From Octopus sinensis (lineage: Eukaryota), in the NCBI RefSeq assembly GCF_006345805.1, contig NC_043007.1, positions 12,400,001 through 12,464,000 on the forward strand: 64,000 bases of DNA, given 5' to 3'. The position numbers were made by a program, and so were the translations under genes. Within the stretch, counting starts at the first letter, position 1. Each line of letters starts with the position of its first letter. Below the pieces are notes generated by a model. That model searched no databases. It had not been told where the DNA came from and saw nothing but the letters and a program-made list of their open reading frames with translations. This document shows positions 62,069 through 64,000 of the stretch, in pieces.

Positions 62069-62680
62069 GGTATGGAATATAAATATATCTTTCATCTTTT
62101 ATTCGTTTCAGTGATTAGACTGTGGCCATGCTGGGGCACCACCTTGAAGAATTTTAGTCAAACAAATCGAGCCCAGTACTTTTCGTTTAAGCCTGACAGA
62201 ATGGGTTTTTCACTTTCTGTCTCCCAAATCTACACACGAGGCTTTGATCAGCCCGAGGTTATAGAAGAAGACACTTGCCCAAGGTGCCATGCAGTGGGAC
62301 CTTGTGTTAGCATATATCTGTATATATGCATACAGATACTTACATAGATATACATAGATACATACATTCATATACACATTTGTATATTTGTACGTGTACG
62401 TTTCGTATACATTTGTGTATGTACGTGCATACATATACTCATATATACACACATGCATAAATACAACCACACATACATAGGCATAAACATGCATACACAT
62501 ACACACAAGAGTCTTGATGGTAAAAATACGATACAAAAACTAAATTGGAACCATTTTAGAAGTCCTTAATCGTTTAAACATCCATTGTATGCCCGACCAC
62601 AGAGGTTTTGGTAAACTGGTGTATATATATATTAATAACATACATAAAAAAACTAATCATTTTATAATAGCAATAATCAC

Positions 62681-62723
<43 letters not shown>

Positions 62724-62726
<3 letters not shown>

Positions 62727-63243
62727 GCTTCTGATCTTAACTGATTGGAAGTGTTATCATGTACATTGTTTTGTCTTGGTATAAAAGATGGGCTACAGCA
62801 AATATTCTGCTCAATACCACAGATTTGCTTGTCAGTTGTTTGACCTTAACCAGTTGAGCATGTCCCTTAGTGGCTGACGATATGTGCATCTCTGATCACG
62901 AGCAGAAGTAGTGGGGGAGCATCATAGCCATGTGTTGAGAGGGATTCTTTGGGGTTTGAATAATTCACCTCTGGAAACATGGGTGGTTCTTTCAACATCC
63001 TTAAACAACCCTTATTCAGGGACCTTTTGAGCGGGATGGGCTACTCAACCTGAAGAAAATTCTAACTGGGCCCCACCTGCAAGGTCATGTGCTGTTTATC
63101 TTGATATGAGATCACCATGTCGCGCACATATGGTTGTGATGCTGTGCCTGGTGTACCCTTATCAGACGGGTAGTCATGATGGGTATATTGGCTTCGTATA
63201 TTTTACCCCAGTGTCACTTTGATGGCATGCACCTCTCTCACTC
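62724..63243 (+). mobile_element. Family H element inside (TAA)n
   Basis: 5' end ~35 bp shorter than the 22871 copy; same 3' end ctctctcactc(aat)n. Confidence 0.9.
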
Positions 63244-63489
63244 AATAATAATAATAATCTAGAAACCGTTTCATATGTTGCCTGCCTTGTTTAAATTCTG
63301 ATTTACAAAGCAACCCAGTTGCATAAGAATTTGGACTGAAATTTCAGCTTCTATTAATTTACCTAGAATGCTTATTGTTTATTTTGAATTAAGGAAATGG
63401 CTAGCTTGGTTTGATATGCATTTAGTGCATATTATAGTCCCACTGCGATATTTATGGAATCTTTACTACTATTACAATATATACGTGTA

Positions 63490-63574
63490 TTGTGTGTGTG
63501 TATATATGTAAGTATATATACTTATATGTGTATATATACTTATATGTATATATATATACTTATATGTATATATA

Positions 63575-63610
<36 letters not shown>

Positions 63611-64000
63611 CTTATATGTATATATATACTTATATGTATATATACTTATAGGTATATATAATTATATATATATATACTTATATATATATATATAACTTAT
63701 ATATATTACATATCATCATCATCATCGTTTATATATATATATATATATATAATATATATGCATGCATGCATGCATGCATGTATGTATGTATGTATGTATG
63801 ATGTATGTATGTATGTATGTATGTGTGTGTGTGAGTGTGTAAAAATATAGACGTCTATGTATGTGTGCGTGTAGATAGATAGATAGATAGATAGATAGAC
63901 AGATGCATGCATACATACATAGTCACACACGTACATACATATAGAGATAGATATATATATAAATGTGTATCTATATACATATATATTTATATATAAACAT
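63490..64000. repeat. Compound (TA)/(TATACT)/(CATG)/(GATA) microsatellites
   Basis: Direct inspection. Confidence 0.94.

Noticed and set aside
2121-63936. Long ORFs rich in IY, VC, MHAY, poly-R/L/F/S
   Set aside because: These are translations of microsatellites, open only because the repeat unit lacks stops

Overview
AT-rich, repeat-saturated animal genomic DNA. I read it as a coleoid cephalopod, most likely Octopus; this is an inference from recognising the SINE/MITE repertoire and the microsatellite load, not from a database search. I found no confidently identifiable host protein-coding gene, rRNA, true tRNA or CRISPR array. Almost all ORFs in the track are microsatellite or SINE artefacts, so the window looks intronic or intergenic. 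It holds many copies of about seven interspersed retroposon families, which I label A-H (arbitrary labels; C, D, E, F, G have tRNA-like A/B-box heads and B a more degenerate one). It also holds 3' fragments of three LINE types (RLE-type R4/Dong-like, CR1-like, RTE-like), a roughly 3.4 kb decayed hAT transposase, TTAA- and TA-flanked MITEs, a non-autonomous Helitron, and long simple-sequence arrays. The most interesting signals are: (1) four decayed hammerhead-ribozyme-like motifs, one forming exactly the loop of a ~95-bp-arm foldback element; (2) a SINE (family C) that appears to insert into its own internal AAATACC site and forms 184-bp tandem arrays; (3) a ~550-bp element (H) found only inside (TAA)n, next to (TAA)n-embedded RLE LINE fragments; (4) module swapping among the SINE families. 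Boundaries of diverged repeats are approximate (about +/-10 bp).
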